Shown here one piece after another: positions 18,261 to 28,713 of a DNA stretch of 32,000 nt. Below the pieces are notes generated by a model, which saw only the letters and a program-made list of their open reading frames with translations, searched no databases and was not told the DNA's origin. The stretch spans positions 870,001-902,000 of the forward strand of contig NC_006138.1 in assembly GCF_000025945.1 (NCBI RefSeq). Direction: 5' to 3'. The stretch comes from Desulfotalea psychrophila LSv54. Its GTDB lineage: Bacteria; Desulfobacterota; Desulfobulbia; Desulfobulbales; Desulfocapsaceae. Made by a program: the position numbers and the translations under genes. Within the stretch, counting starts at the first letter, position 1. The number at the start of each line of letters is the position of its first letter.

Positions 18261-19937
18261 TCATCGACCTTTGCCTTTGGCAGTAGGAATGAGACGATAA
18301 ATCCTGCTGTACTGACACCGGCAAAGGCGAGGCCTAGTAACCCCAGAGTACCTATAAATCCAGGTTGTTGAGAGATGCGATCCGCCAGAATGAGAATTGA
18401 TGAGCCGACGATAAGGGCGGCAATAATCATGGACATTCCCATTATTCTACTGGACGTGTCAATATGACTGGCAAGGTGCTCGATACGTTTGAGCTCCAGA
18501 TTGAAGGTGAAGCGATCACGGCGAAAGCGTTCGAGGATATCGTGTAGCCCTCCGGGGATCTCTTCGAGTAGCTCAAGGTATTGGACTATTGATCTGCCAA
18601 ACCTCTTATGGATTGCCTTCATGCTGTAGCGAGTGACTATCACCTTCTCAATCATTGGTCTGACGTGATTTATCACATCAAAGCTGGGATCAAATTGTTC
18701 TGCCACGCCTTCAATAGTGGTGAGGGCTTTGGTGAGGAGGAGAAGGTCGCTCGGGCAGCGAATTTTGAAACGTTGGAGCATGGTGAAAAAATCCGAGAGC
18801 ATTTCGCTAATATTGAAATTATCGAGGTTGTCGCTTTGTAGCTGGCTGGTGAGGTGTTGCAGCTCTATGTAGAAATCACGGGTTGTGGTTAGGGCAGGGT
18901 CAACATCGGTGAGCTCTATAACGACTCTGCGCAATTTTTCGCTGTCCCCGTCTATTATGCCGGTGACAAGGTTGATCAGCTGGTCGGTGGTCCGTTTGTC
19001 AAGGCGGCCCACCATGCCACAGTCGATAAAGCAGAGGCTGCCGTCCTTGCGCAGTATGATGTTGCCTGGATGAGGGTCGGCGTGGAAGAGGCCAAATTCC
19101 AGACACTGTTTAAAGACAGCATTGGTGCCGTTGGCAACGATGGATCTTCGTTGTGCCTTTGTCAGCTCTTCGGGGTTAAGCGAGGCCAGCATTTCTCCCT
19201 GAATCTCTTCCAGGGCAAGCACGTTTCTGGTAGTGGCCTCCCAGTATACCTTGGGGAAATGTATTTGTGGGTCGTCTGTAAAATATTTTCCAAGTCTCTC
19301 TGTTGATTGGCCCTCGTTTATAAAGTTTGTCTCTTGGGAGAGTTGGCGGGAAAATTCTTTGGCTACGGCTCTGGCACTGTAGCCCAGGTTGGAAAAATAT
19401 TGGTCAACAATCTGGGCCAGTGTTTCAAAAAGGGCCATGTCCTCTTCGATGAGCTTCTTATTTCCGGGTCGAATAATTTTTAAGACAATTTTACTGCCAT
19501 CGTACAGCCTTGCTCTGTGAACCTGAGCAATAGATGCTGTGGCAAGAGGAGTCTCCTCTATTGATTGGAAGAGTTCTCTTTTTTTTCCCAGAAATTCTTT
19601 TTCCAGCACCTCGGTTATTTCGGAGAAGGGGATGGGAGTGCATTGAGCCTGTAGCTTTTTCAGCTCGTCGCACCATTCAGGGGGAATGAGATCCGGTCTT
19701 GTCGATAAAATTTGTCCAAGTTTTATAAATGTCGGTCCGAGTTTTTCCAGTATGAGACGAACGCGGATGGCCTTTGGTTCAGTAGAATTTTTCTCCTCAT
19801 CTTAGTCTCCTGTCCAAAAATATGTGGAGGCCACTATCTATCACCATTTGCTTGAAGCCAAAGCTTGATAATGTCGTGATAATTTCGGTGAATCGTTTTG
19901 TGTTTCGAATGGTGCGTTTGATCTGTGGGATTTTCAT
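18257..19937 (-). pseudogene. ABC1/UbiB/AarF-family kinase-like protein, interrupted by a frame disruption near 19797-19800 (real frameshift, programmed event or sequence error)
   Basis: The C-terminal frame (18257..about 19806) carries KLGPTFIKLGQILSTRPDLIPPEW, TPLATASIAQVHRARL, VLALEEIQGE, FGLFHADPHPGNI and CFIDCGMVGRL. It is preceded in frame by TAA with no ATG start. The missing N-terminus (MKIPQIKRTIRNTKRFTEIITTLSSFGFKQMVIDSGLHIFLDRRLR) lies in an adjacent frame at 19797..19937. The ORF track lists only 18257..19609. Confidence 0.75.
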
Positions 19938-20066
19938 GGGCTGTGTTATGGTAAGAGTGAAGTGGGAAAATCTAATTCTTTACTATATCGTTCAGAAGGG
20001 TATAAAATCAAGTAATGCCTCCTTGTTCATATGGGGCAATCTTAATAACATAAAGTAGATAAGGTT

Positions 20067-21920
20067 ATGAAGCAGGGTGAAGATGTTGTTGCGCTTATAA
20101 AAGAGCGGGCAGATATTGTCCAGATTATTGGGGAGACGGTTGAGTTGCGGCGAAGTGGTAGCCGTTACGTAGGCCTCTGTCCCTTTCATGGTGAGAAGAC
20201 GCCGTCTTTCTCTGTTACGGCAGGAGAACAGTTCTTTCATTGTTTTGGTTGTGGCGAGTCAGGTGATGTGCTCAGCTATGTGATGAAGTATTACGCGCTC
20301 TCTTTTCCTGAAGCGTTGAAGATGCTTGCTGAACGTTATGGGGTGGTCTTGCCGGAGAGAAAACAGTCTGCTCAGGAAAAGGCTCTGGCTGAAAAACGGA
20401 AAAAGATGTTTGCCCTGAATGAGAAGGTGGCTGCTATTTATGGCCAGTATCTTCGGACTAATAGGGGGGCTGGTGCGGCTCGTGATTACCTTGTCAGGCG
20501 GGGTGTGGGGAAAAAGATATCTGCAGATTATGGCCTCTGTTATGCCCCGTCTCAGGATGTGGAGGGTTGGCATTTCCTGGGAGGTCATTTGGCAAAGGAG
20601 GAGCTTGTCCTGGCCGCAGAGTTGGGCCTTGTTTCCGCTAAGGAAAACGGTGGTTATTATGATCGATTTCGGGACAGGATCCTCTTTCCCATAAGGGATA
20701 TAGCAGGGCAGATCTGTGGCTTTGGCGGCCGCATCATAGGTGAGGGGCAGCCAAAGTATATGAACTCCCCAGAAAGTCTTATCTTTAATAAAAGCAGTCT
20801 GCTCTTGGGACTTTATCAGCAAAAAGAGGATATTCGCAGGGCAGGTTCGGTTGTCTTTGTTGAGGGCAACTTTGACCTCATCTCTCTTGTTGGCGCCGGG
20901 GTAAAGAATGTTGTTGCGCCTCTGGGGACGGCCCTTACCCGTGAACATCTTCGCTTAGTTAAGCGCTTTGCCGAAGGTGCTGTGATGTTATTTGATGGAG
21001 ATAAGGCGGGAGTTCAGGCCGCTGTTCGTAGCGTGCCCCTGTTTCTCGGTGAAAATTTGATGGGGAAGGTCTCCCTTCTGCCGGAGGGAGAAGATCCCGA
21101 TACTTATGTGCGCCGGCATGGCGGTAGGGGCATCCTTGAGCTGTTGGCTGAAGCTAGTCCTTTGCCGGAATTCGCCTTTGAAAATTTGGTGCAGGAGCAT
21201 GGCCTCTCTCTTGATGGCAAGAGCAGGGTTATAGAGGGGCTGAAGCCTTTGGTGCAGGCAGCGACCTCCTCTCTGCAACGTTCAGTGATATTGTCGCATT
21301 TTGCCGAAAAACTCGGTCTTGATGTGATCAGTTTGGAAAGAAATTTACAGACGGGCGAAGGTGGTCCTGCTCAAAAAAATGTTTTGCCCAGTTCTGTGCC
21401 AGTGATCACGCCGCTTAAGCAAAAAAAAACCGAGGCTGTGCTGCCCCTTGATTCTGTCCAGAGGCGTTTTGTCCAATTTATGGTTTTGCACCCCTCTCTC
21501 TTTGACAGGCTTGTCGCTATGGGGATGCGCAATATTTTGTTGGGAAGTGTGGGGGAGATTATATTTCTCCATATGACCTCCCTTCTGCGGAAGCACAGGG
21601 TCTTGGAACCGGAAGAGTTTTTAGGTCTCTTGCCCAAGGGTGTAGAGCGAAAGGTGGTTGCCGAAATTTTGTTGAAGCAGGGTGACGGTCTTGCTGAAGG
21701 GGACGATCCCTTAGGGGAACTGGCTGAGCTTGAGGCATATTTAGAGGTGGCCTTGTTAAAGAAGAAGTCAAATGATATTCTTCTTTCTATTCAGGGGCTT
21801 GATCAGGTGAATGAACTCGATAAATTGCAAGATCTTTTGCTTGAAAAGATGGCTGTAGAGTTGGAATTGCAGGGGGTGCTGGAAAATTTCCAGTTGTTAG
21901 AGATATTGGTATTTGTTTGA
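20067..21920 (+). CDS. dnaG: DNA primase
   Basis: 617 aa. Zinc finger VGLCPFHGEKTPSFSV...FFHCFGCGESGDV, RNA polymerase basic motif, Toprim residues (VVFVEGNFD; LFDGDKAG). Confidence 0.97.
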   Translation: MKQGEDVVALIKERADIVQIIGETVELRRSGSRYVGLCPFHGEKTPSFSVTAGEQFFHCFGCGESGDVLSYVMKYYALSFPEALKMLAERYGVVLPERKQSAQEKALAEKRKKMFALNEKVAAIYGQYLRTNRGAGAARDYLVRRGVGKKISADYGLCYAPSQDVEGWHFLGGHLAKEELVLAAELGLVSAKENGGYYDRFRDRILFPIRDIAGQICGFGGRIIGEGQPKYMNSPESLIFNKSSLLLGLYQQKEDIRRAGSVVFVEGNFDLISLVGAGVKNVVAPLGTALTREHLRLVKRFAEGAVMLFDGDKAGVQAAVRSVPLFLGENLMGKVSLLPEGEDPDTYVRRHGGRGILELLAEASPLPEFAFENLVQEHGLSLDGKSRVIEGLKPLVQAATSSLQRSVILSHFAEKLGLDVISLERNLQTGEGGPAQKNVLPSSVPVITPLKQKKTEAVLPLDSVQRRFVQFMVLHPSLFDRLVAMGMRNILLGSVGEIIFLHMTSLLRKHRVLEPEEFLGLLPKGVERKVVAEILLKQGDGLAEGDDPLGELAELEAYLEVALLKKKSNDILLSIQGLDQVNELDKLQDLLLEKMAVELELQGVLENFQLLEILVFV

Positions 21921-22033
21921 ATTCTGTTTGCTATTCGTTTGATATTTTGATATAAATTGTGTTTTAGGTTTTGTTTCTTATTTGCGTGAGGGAGCGATGT
22001 TTTGACTTTTTTCTTATAACTCGGAGTGCTTAG

Positions 22034-23638
22034 ATGACCATAGGGAAAGAATCATTGGCCGGTGTTGGTGAGTGTAGGGTGAGCGGTGAATTTTCATTGG
22101 ATAAAACTATTGTTCCCCTGGCCTTAACGAAGCAGAAAAAATCTTCTCCTGTGCTTGGAGAGCCCTTAGTAGCAGGTTCTGATTTGTTGAAGGAAGGAGT
22201 CCGAGCCCCTAAGCGCCGTATTTCTTCTTCGCAGAGAAAGCAGGGTGATTCGACGGCAGCCGCAGACTCCATGAATATTTATATGCGGGAGATGGGGAGC
22301 CTGAAGCTTCTTAAGTATGATGATGAGCGAAAACTCGCTCAGACTATTGAAAAGGGGAAAAAACAGGTGCAGTTTGCTGTTTTACAGTCCACCCTTGCCA
22401 TGCCAATTCTTCTCCAGATGAAAGAAACTATTGTAGAAAACCCTGGTAAAATATCTCTCTTTGTCGGAGGTATTCCCGATGCTCAATTTGATGTTATTGC
22501 AGAGGCGTGTGATGTCTTCCTTGCCAATTGGCAGACCTGTGTGGGGCTTGATGGGCAACGGAAGAAGTATCTTAAGAAATATCTTTCCCCATCTCTGAGC
22601 GCAGATGCCAGGGAGAAGCTACTCTTTAATATTTTGCAATGTGGAAAGCAGATAGCTGAGCTGTTTGAAGATAGGGTGCTCTCTTCTGAGTATGTCAACA
22701 TGGTCGCCCAGGCAGCCGAGGATCTCTCTAAGCGATTTCGTAAAATTTTTGTTGAGCTTATTGCCGGGGAAGGAGACTTGCCGGAGGAGGAGATGCGGAG
22801 CCCGGAAGAGCTTGAGCGGTTGGTTGATCTGCAGTTTATTCGCGAATCGGGCAGTAGTCTACAAAGTCTTAATGAACTGTTAAAAGAAGTTGAAGAGGGT
22901 CGTTTTATAAGCAAAGAGGCCAAGGAGGCCTTGGTGCGGGCCAATCTTCGTCTAGTGATTTCGGTGTCCAAGCGTTTTGTTAATAGAGGTCTGCAATTTT
23001 CTGATCTTATCCAGGAGGGTAATATTGGTTTGATGAAGGCTGTGGAAAAATTTGATTACCGTCGTGGTTTTAAATTCAGTACCTATGCGACCTGGTGGAT
23101 TCGCCAATCTATTACTCGTGGCATTGCCGATCAGGGGAGAACGATCAGGTTGCCCGTGCATATGATTGAGACGATTAACCGAATGCTTCGTGTGTCAAAG
23201 GATTTTTATCTGGAGGAACATCGGGAACCGTCCGTGGAAGAGGTGGCAGGTCAACTCGGGACGGAGGTTGACAAGGTTAAGTCTGCTTTGAAAATTGCCA
23301 AAGATGCTATTTCGCTCGACACGCCGGTGGGTGATGATGGCGAGACGTATTTAGGTGATTTTATTGTTGATAAAAATTGTCTCGGCCCTGATGGCTTTGC
23401 CATGGTGGCAAGCCTTAAGGAGTGTCTCAGTCAGGTGCTCTCCTCTCTTTCTCCCCGTGAGGAGAAGGTGTTGAAGATGCGTTATGGCATCCTTGAAAAG
23501 CGGGAGTATACCCTGGAAGAGGTTGGACGTTGTTTTAATGTGACTCGGGAAAGAATCAGGCAAATCGAGGCGCAGGCAATCTCTAAATTAAAGCATCCAT
23601 CCCGTTGCGGTGATCTGAAGGTTTTCATGACCGATTAG
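22034..23638 (+). CDS. rpoD: RNA polymerase primary sigma factor RpoD
   Basis: 534 aa. Region 2 ([70 protein letters not shown]), region 4 ([46 protein letters not shown]). It lies next to dnaG. Confidence 0.96.
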   Translation: MTIGKESLAGVGECRVSGEFSLDKTIVPLALTKQKKSSPVLGEPLVAGSDLLKEGVRAPKRRISSSQRKQGDSTAAADSMNIYMREMGSLKLLKYDDERKLAQTIEKGKKQVQFAVLQSTLAMPILLQMKETIVENPGKISLFVGGIPDAQFDVIAEACDVFLANWQTCVGLDGQRKKYLKKYLSPSLSADAREKLLFNILQCGKQIAELFEDRVLSSEYVNMVAQAAEDLSKRFRKIFVELIAGEGDLPEEEMRSPEELERLVDLQFIRESGSSLQSLNELLKEVEEGRFISKEAKEALVRANLRLVISVSKRFVNRGLQFSDLIQEGNIGLMKAVEKFDYRRGFKFSTYATWWIRQSITRGIADQGRTIRLPVHMIETINRMLRVSKDFYLEEHREPSVEEVAGQLGTEVDKVKSALKIAKDAISLDTPVGDDGETYLGDFIVDKNCLGPDGFAMVASLKECLSQVLSSLSPREEKVLKMRYGILEKREYTLEEVGRCFNVTRERIRQIEAQAISKLKHPSRCGDLKVFMTD

Positions 23639-23680
23639 GGCGGAACTGTGGGGAGGTTGGATGATGGATGGTCTTGTTGA

Positions 23681-24754
23681 TTGGGATTGCCCCTCTGCTC
23701 TGCTTCGGGGCTGGGAGTGCGCGGTTTTTGGCGACTTATTGAGTTTTATCATCATCCAAGCAGGGTGTTGGACGCATCTCTTGCTCAAATTCGATCTGTT
23801 GCAGGTCTTAGAGAGGGGCAGCTAGCAGGTTTTGCCGATCCCCAGTCTCTTCGTCTTTCTGCGGCAGAAGAGCTTGGCAGATTAGATGCTCTTGGCCTGT
23901 TGGCCATTTCGTTTTCATCTCCTCTCTATCCTGAGAACCTTAAACAAATTTTTGATCCTCCTCCTGTTCTCTATGCATCCGGTGATCTCTCCCTCTTGAA
24001 TACTCATGCCCTTGCCATTGTCGGGGCTCGGGCATCGACCTCGTATGGCAGACGAGTTGCCCATAATCTTTCCTCGGCGGTCTCTCTTGCCGGCCTGACG
24101 GTTGTTTCTGGCCTTGCCCTTGGCGTTGATACGGCGGCCCATGAGGGGGCTTTGGCTGTTTCCGGTAAGACTATTGCTGTACTTGGCTGTGGCCTTGATA
24201 TTGTCTATCCCTATCAGAATAAAAAACTCTATAAAATCATTGCTGGGGAAGGTCTTGTTATTACTGAATATCCTCTGGGGACCCGACCCGATGGCTTTCG
24301 TTTTCCGGCCCGGAATAGGATTATTGCCGGTATGAGCGATGGTGTTTTGGTGGTGGAGGCAGCAAGGAAATCAGGCTCTCTTATTACTGCCCAGCTTGCC
24401 CTTGATTTTAATAGAGAGGTGTTTGCCGTACCGGGTCAGATCGACTCGGTTAAAAGCGCCGGGACTCACATCCTCCTGCAGCAGGGGGCAAAGCTTGTTC
24501 ATGATGTCACTGATATTTTAGAAGAATTTCCATTTCCTCTCCGTGTCGGGCAGGGTGGGCAGAAGGGTGAGGCGAGCCTGCCGTCGGAGGCGGGCCAGCA
24601 GATTTTGGATCTCTTGGATGTCTATCCTTCTTCCCAAGAAGAGCTTATGGTAGAGTCGAAACTTTCAGCAAAAAAAGTGGCAGAGGAGTTATTGTTGCTT
24701 GAACTTGAAGACTTGATTGAGATTTTGCCGGGAAATATGGTACGTAGAGTATGA
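23681..24754 (+). CDS. dprA: DNA-processing protein DprA/Smf; true start may lie at 23661 in another frame
   Basis: LAIVGARASTSYGRRVAHNLS, VVSGLALGVDTAAHEGAL, TIAVLGCGLDIVYP and FRFPARNRIIAGMSDGVLVVEAARKSGSLITA, plus a C-terminal winged-helix-like region. Confidence 0.93.
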   Translation: MGLPLCSASGLGVRGFWRLIEFYHHPSRVLDASLAQIRSVAGLREGQLAGFADPQSLRLSAAEELGRLDALGLLAISFSSPLYPENLKQIFDPPPVLYASGDLSLLNTHALAIVGARASTSYGRRVAHNLSSAVSLAGLTVVSGLALGVDTAAHEGALAVSGKTIAVLGCGLDIVYPYQNKKLYKIIAGEGLVITEYPLGTRPDGFRFPARNRIIAGMSDGVLVVEAARKSGSLITAQLALDFNREVFAVPGQIDSVKSAGTHILLQQGAKLVHDVTDILEEFPFPLRVGQGGQKGEASLPSEAGQQILDLLDVYPSSQEELMVESKLSAKKVAEELLLLELEDLIEILPGNMVRRV

Positions 24755-24823
24755 AGATAAAAGATCATAACATTTTGAAAAATAAGGGCATTTTTGTTTT
24801 ATGCCGGATAGAGGGAACAGGAT

Positions 24824-25510
24824 ATGCAAAGTATAAAAATAGCACCATCGATTCTTTCTGCTGATTTCACTCGTTTGGGCGAGGAGATAGAGGCCGTCGA
24901 TAGGGCTGGTGCAGAAGTTATTCATATAGATGTCATGGATGGACATTTCGTGCCTAATATTACCATAGGCCCTCTGGTGGTTGAGGCGGCGCGGCGGGTT
25001 ACCGATAAGGTTCTTGATGTGCATCTGATGATCAGTGATGCGGATAGGTATGTTGATAGTTTTGTTAAGGCCGGTGCTGACTGGGTGACGGTGCATGTAG
25101 AGACCTGTACCCATCTGCATAGAACGGTCAGTCGGATTAAGGAGTTGGGGGCAAAGGCAGGAGCTGTGCTGAACCCTGCAACCTCACTTGCCTCCCTTGA
25201 CTTTATCCTGGAGGATCTCGATCTTGTCATGCTGATGAGTGTTAATCCCGGGTTTGGCGGTCAGTCTTTTATCCCCTCTACCCTGGAGAAGAGCTGGCAG
25301 CTTCATCAACGTATTCAGAGCCTTGGCTTGGAAATTGGCATTGAGATAGATGGTGGTATCAATGCCGCAACCATTGCCGATGCCACCGAAGCCGGGGCAA
25401 ACATCTTTGTCGCAGGATCAGCCGTTTATGGGAGCTCTGATTACTCAGAGACTATTGCCGAATTGAAGAAATTGGCAGCAGTTGGCCTTACCAAGCGAAG
25501 GGAAAAATAG
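24824..25510 (+). CDS. rpe: Ribulose-phosphate 3-epimerase
   Basis: 228 aa. Contains IAPSILSADFTRLGEEI, VIHIDVMDGHFVPNITIGP, VMSVNPGFGGQSFIP and IEIDGGINAATI. Confidence 0.97.
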   Translation: MQSIKIAPSILSADFTRLGEEIEAVDRAGAEVIHIDVMDGHFVPNITIGPLVVEAARRVTDKVLDVHLMISDADRYVDSFVKAGADWVTVHVETCTHLHRTVSRIKELGAKAGAVLNPATSLASLDFILEDLDLVMLMSVNPGFGGQSFIPSTLEKSWQLHQRIQSLGLEIGIEIDGGINAATIADATEAGANIFVAGSAVYGSSDYSETIAELKKLAAVGLTKRREK

Positions 25511-25526
25511 TTTTTGGGGAGAGCGG

Positions 25527-27131
25527 ATGTTTGCAAGTTATAAAAGTATACAGGAGACCTGTGCATTTGAAAAATTATCAGAGCTTGCTCAAAGCCCCTA
25601 TGATCTAACTCAGCCGGGGGCCCTGCAGGCAGATAATCGTCTGCAGCGATATCAGGTTGCAGGTCAGGCCTTTAAACTCTTCTATGCAACGGAGCAGGTG
25701 GATGACAGGGTGCTTGCCGGCCTGCAGGCGGTGGCCGATGAGTGCCAGCTTGTCTCTCAGTACAGGGCAATGCGAACCGGCGCCGTCATGAACAAAATAG
25801 ATGGATTTGTTAGTGAGAATCGCCGGGTGCTACACACTGCTACCCGTGATCTCTTTTCGGGGGAGCCAGCGGAAGCATCAATGAACTCAAGGGCCAAAAG
25901 GGAATTGGAAAAACTCTCTCACTTTCTTGATGCCCTTGATGCCGGTGAGATTGTTAACGAGGCGGGAGAGGCCTTTACTACCATTGTTCAGGTGGGTATA
26001 GGTGGCTCTGATTTGGGTCCCCGGGCCGTATATGAGGCCCTGAAATCCTATACTATTGTCGGCAGAAGGGCAGCCTTTATCTCTAATGTTGATCCCGACG
26101 ATGTCTCCATGGCCCTGGCCGATCTTGACCTTGGCAAAACCATTTTTAATATTGTCTCCAAGAGTGGTTCAACCCTTGAGACGGTGACCAACGAGGCCTT
26201 TGTTCGTCGAGCTCTCTTGGAAAATGGTTATGATTCGGCTCGACACTGTATTTCTATCACCGGTGAGGGGTCGCCCATGGATGATCCTGATTCTTATCTG
26301 GCCTCCTTTTATCTCTATGATTGTATCGGCGGTCGCTACAGTACCACCTCCATGGTGGGTTGTGTCCTGCTTGGCTTTACCCTCGGTTTTGAGCAGGTAA
26401 TGGCCTTTTTGCGTGGGGCCGCTAATATGGATAACTCTGCCGATGAGGTTGATATTCTAAAAAATATTCCTCTTCTTATGGCCCTTATAGGGATTTGGAA
26501 CCGAAATTTCCTCGATCTTTCCAGTTTGGCGATTATTCCCTATTCTCAGGCACTGTATCGTTTTCCTGCTCATTTACAGCAGTGCGATATGGAGAGTAAT
26601 GGTAAGTCCGTTGACCGGCAGGGGCGGGCTGTGCAGGGGAAGACGGGGCCGATTATTTGGGGAGAGACGGGGAGCAACAGCCAACATGCTTTTTTTCAGC
26701 ATATCTATCAGGGAACCTCGCCGGTACCCATTGAGTTTATTGGATTTTCTGAGTCGCAACGTGGTAAGGATATAGAGGTGCAGGGCTGCACCTCACAGCA
26801 AAAGCTTCTAGCCAATCTCTTTGCCCAGATGGTGGCCCTTGCCTGCGGTAAAAAAGATCAGAATCTCAATAAGTTTTTTGCGGGAAACAGACCAAGTTGT
26901 CTGCTCTTTGCAAAAAAGCTCACCCCCTATGTTATGGGAAGCCTGCTTGCCTGCTATGAGGCAAAAATTGTCTTTCAGGGCTTTGCCTGGAATATAAACT
27001 CCTTTGATCAGGAGGGTGTGCAGTTGGGTAAGGAGCTTGCCAAGAGATTTTTACGTGAAATCGGGGGTGAAGAAGAGGGTTTTCACGGGATAGAATCTGC
27101 TTTTCTTAATGAAGTTCAAAGGGGCGTATAA
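25527..27131 (+). CDS. pgi: Glucose-6-phosphate isomerase (the ORF track starts at 25482; the ATG at 25527 after GGGAGAG is more likely)
   Basis: VGIGGSDLGPRAVYEAL, VSKSGSTLETVTNE, GGRYSTTSMVG, GETGSNSQHAFFQHIYQGT and FAWNINSFDQEGVQLGK. Confidence 0.94.
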   Translation: MFASYKSIQETCAFEKLSELAQSPYDLTQPGALQADNRLQRYQVAGQAFKLFYATEQVDDRVLAGLQAVADECQLVSQYRAMRTGAVMNKIDGFVSENRRVLHTATRDLFSGEPAEASMNSRAKRELEKLSHFLDALDAGEIVNEAGEAFTTIVQVGIGGSDLGPRAVYEALKSYTIVGRRAAFISNVDPDDVSMALADLDLGKTIFNIVSKSGSTLETVTNEAFVRRALLENGYDSARHCISITGEGSPMDDPDSYLASFYLYDCIGGRYSTTSMVGCVLLGFTLGFEQVMAFLRGAANMDNSADEVDILKNIPLLMALIGIWNRNFLDLSSLAIIPYSQALYRFPAHLQQCDMESNGKSVDRQGRAVQGKTGPIIWGETGSNSQHAFFQHIYQGTSPVPIEFIGFSESQRGKDIEVQGCTSQQKLLANLFAQMVALACGKKDQNLNKFFAGNRPSCLLFAKKLTPYVMGSLLACYEAKIVFQGFAWNINSFDQEGVQLGKELAKRFLREIGGEEEGFHGIESAFLNEVQRGV

Positions 27132-27300
27132 GTTAGGTTGGCTCGGTGCTTTCTCTAGGTTTTTTGTTGACAAAAAAGAGTGACGCAATTATTCTGCCGC
27201 TTTGATTGGCATGATTGCGATTTAAATATGTCTTTTTGTCTTTTAGTGGTATAGAAAGGTTTGTTTTTTGAATATTCGCTTATTCCTTGCATCAAAACGA

Positions 27301-27329
27301 TTGATTTGGTGAGGGATTAGAGCTATAAG
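27301..27329 (+). promoter_or_regulatory. Candidate sigma-70-type promoter for dsrAB
   Basis: TTGATT (27301-27306), 17-nt spacer, TATAAG (27324-27329), with a strong AAAGGAGG ribosome-binding site just before the dsrA ATG. Confidence 0.4.
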
Positions 27330-27385
27330 AACGTATCATATTTGGTGAAGGTAGTAGTCTAAACAGTAATTCAAAGGAGGAAATC

Positions 27386-28666
27386 ATGGCAAAACATGAG
27401 ACGCCCTTGTTGGATCAGTTGGAGAGTGGCCCGTGGCCGAGCTTTGTAACTGACATTAAACGCCAAGCTGAGAAGAAGCCCGAGTGTTGGGATATCCTCG
27501 GTATCTTGGAACTGTCTTTCAAAGAGAGAATCACTCACTGGAAGCACGGCGGAATCGTTGGTGTTTTTGGATACGGTGGTGGTATCGTTGGTCGTTATGC
27601 GGATGTACCTGAGCGTTTTCCAGGTGTTGAGCACTTTCACACTATTCGTGTTGCTCAGCCATCTTCTAAATATTACACTTCAAAGAATCTTCGTCAGTTG
27701 ATGAACCTTTGGGAGAAGCATGGTTCTGGTATGACCAACTTCCATGGCTCTACTGGTGATGTTATTCTTCTTGGAACTCGAACAGAGAATCTTGAGCCTT
27801 TTTTCTGGGACCTTACCCACGAAATGGGACAGGATCTTGGTGGTTCTGGTTCTAACCTTCGTACTCCTGCATGTTGTCTCGGAACTTCTCGTTGCGAGTG
27901 GGCATGTTACGATACTCAGGAAGCTTGTCATAGTTTGACCATGCATTATCAGGATGAGATTCATCGTCCTGCTTTTCCATATAAGTTCAAATTCAAGTTC
28001 TCCGGTTGTCCAAACGATTGCGTTGCCGCTATCGCTCGTTCAGATGTGGCCGTTATCGGCACCTGGAAAGATGATATTCGTATCGACCAGGCTGCCGTTA
28101 AAGGATATATGGCAAATGAATTCCCAGCAAACGGTGGTGCTTTCATCGGTCGCGAATGGGATGCATTTGATATCCAAAAAGAAGTTATCGACCTCTGCCC
28201 AACCAACTGTATGTGGATGGAAGATGGCGAATTGAAGATTGATGACGCCGAGTGTACCCGTTGTATGCATTGCATCAACGTTATGCCTCGTGCTCTTCGT
28301 CCAGGTGCTCAAGGTGGTGCGTCTATCTGTGTTGGTGCTAAGGCTCCAATTCTTGATGGTGCCCAGTTTGCTACCTTGATTCTTCCTTTTATTCCAGTAA
28401 CCAAAGATAACGATTTCGAAGAGCTCATCGAGTTCATCGAGTCTATCTGGGACTGGTGGATGGAAATTGGAAAGAACCGTGAGCGTGTTGGCGAAACCAT
28501 GCAACGCGTTGGTCTTCCAACCTTCTTGAGAGCTGTTGGTGTTGAAGCACTTCCACAGCATGTGAAATACCCTCGAGAAAATCCATACGTTTTCTGGAAT
28601 GAAGAAGAGGTTGAAGGTGGTTTTGAGCGTGACGTACAAGAGTTCCGTGCTCGCCACGCAGCTTAA
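27386..28666 (+). CDS. dsrA: Dissimilatory sulfite reductase subunit alpha
   Basis: 426 aa. Contains [58 protein letters not shown] and ferredoxin domain [15 protein letters not shown]. Confidence 0.98.
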   Translation: MAKHETPLLDQLESGPWPSFVTDIKRQAEKKPECWDILGILELSFKERITHWKHGGIVGVFGYGGGIVGRYADVPERFPGVEHFHTIRVAQPSSKYYTSKNLRQLMNLWEKHGSGMTNFHGSTGDVILLGTRTENLEPFFWDLTHEMGQDLGGSGSNLRTPACCLGTSRCEWACYDTQEACHSLTMHYQDEIHRPAFPYKFKFKFSGCPNDCVAAIARSDVAVIGTWKDDIRIDQAAVKGYMANEFPANGGAFIGREWDAFDIQKEVIDLCPTNCMWMEDGELKIDDAECTRCMHCINVMPRALRPGAQGGASICVGAKAPILDGAQFATLILPFIPVTKDNDFEELIEFIESIWDWWMEIGKNRERVGETMQRVGLPTFLRAVGVEALPQHVKYPRENPYVFWNEEEVEGGFERDVQEFRARHAA

Positions 28667-28713
28667 TACGACTTTTTAATCTGTCTAACATAAAATATAA
28701 AAGGAGATTTATC

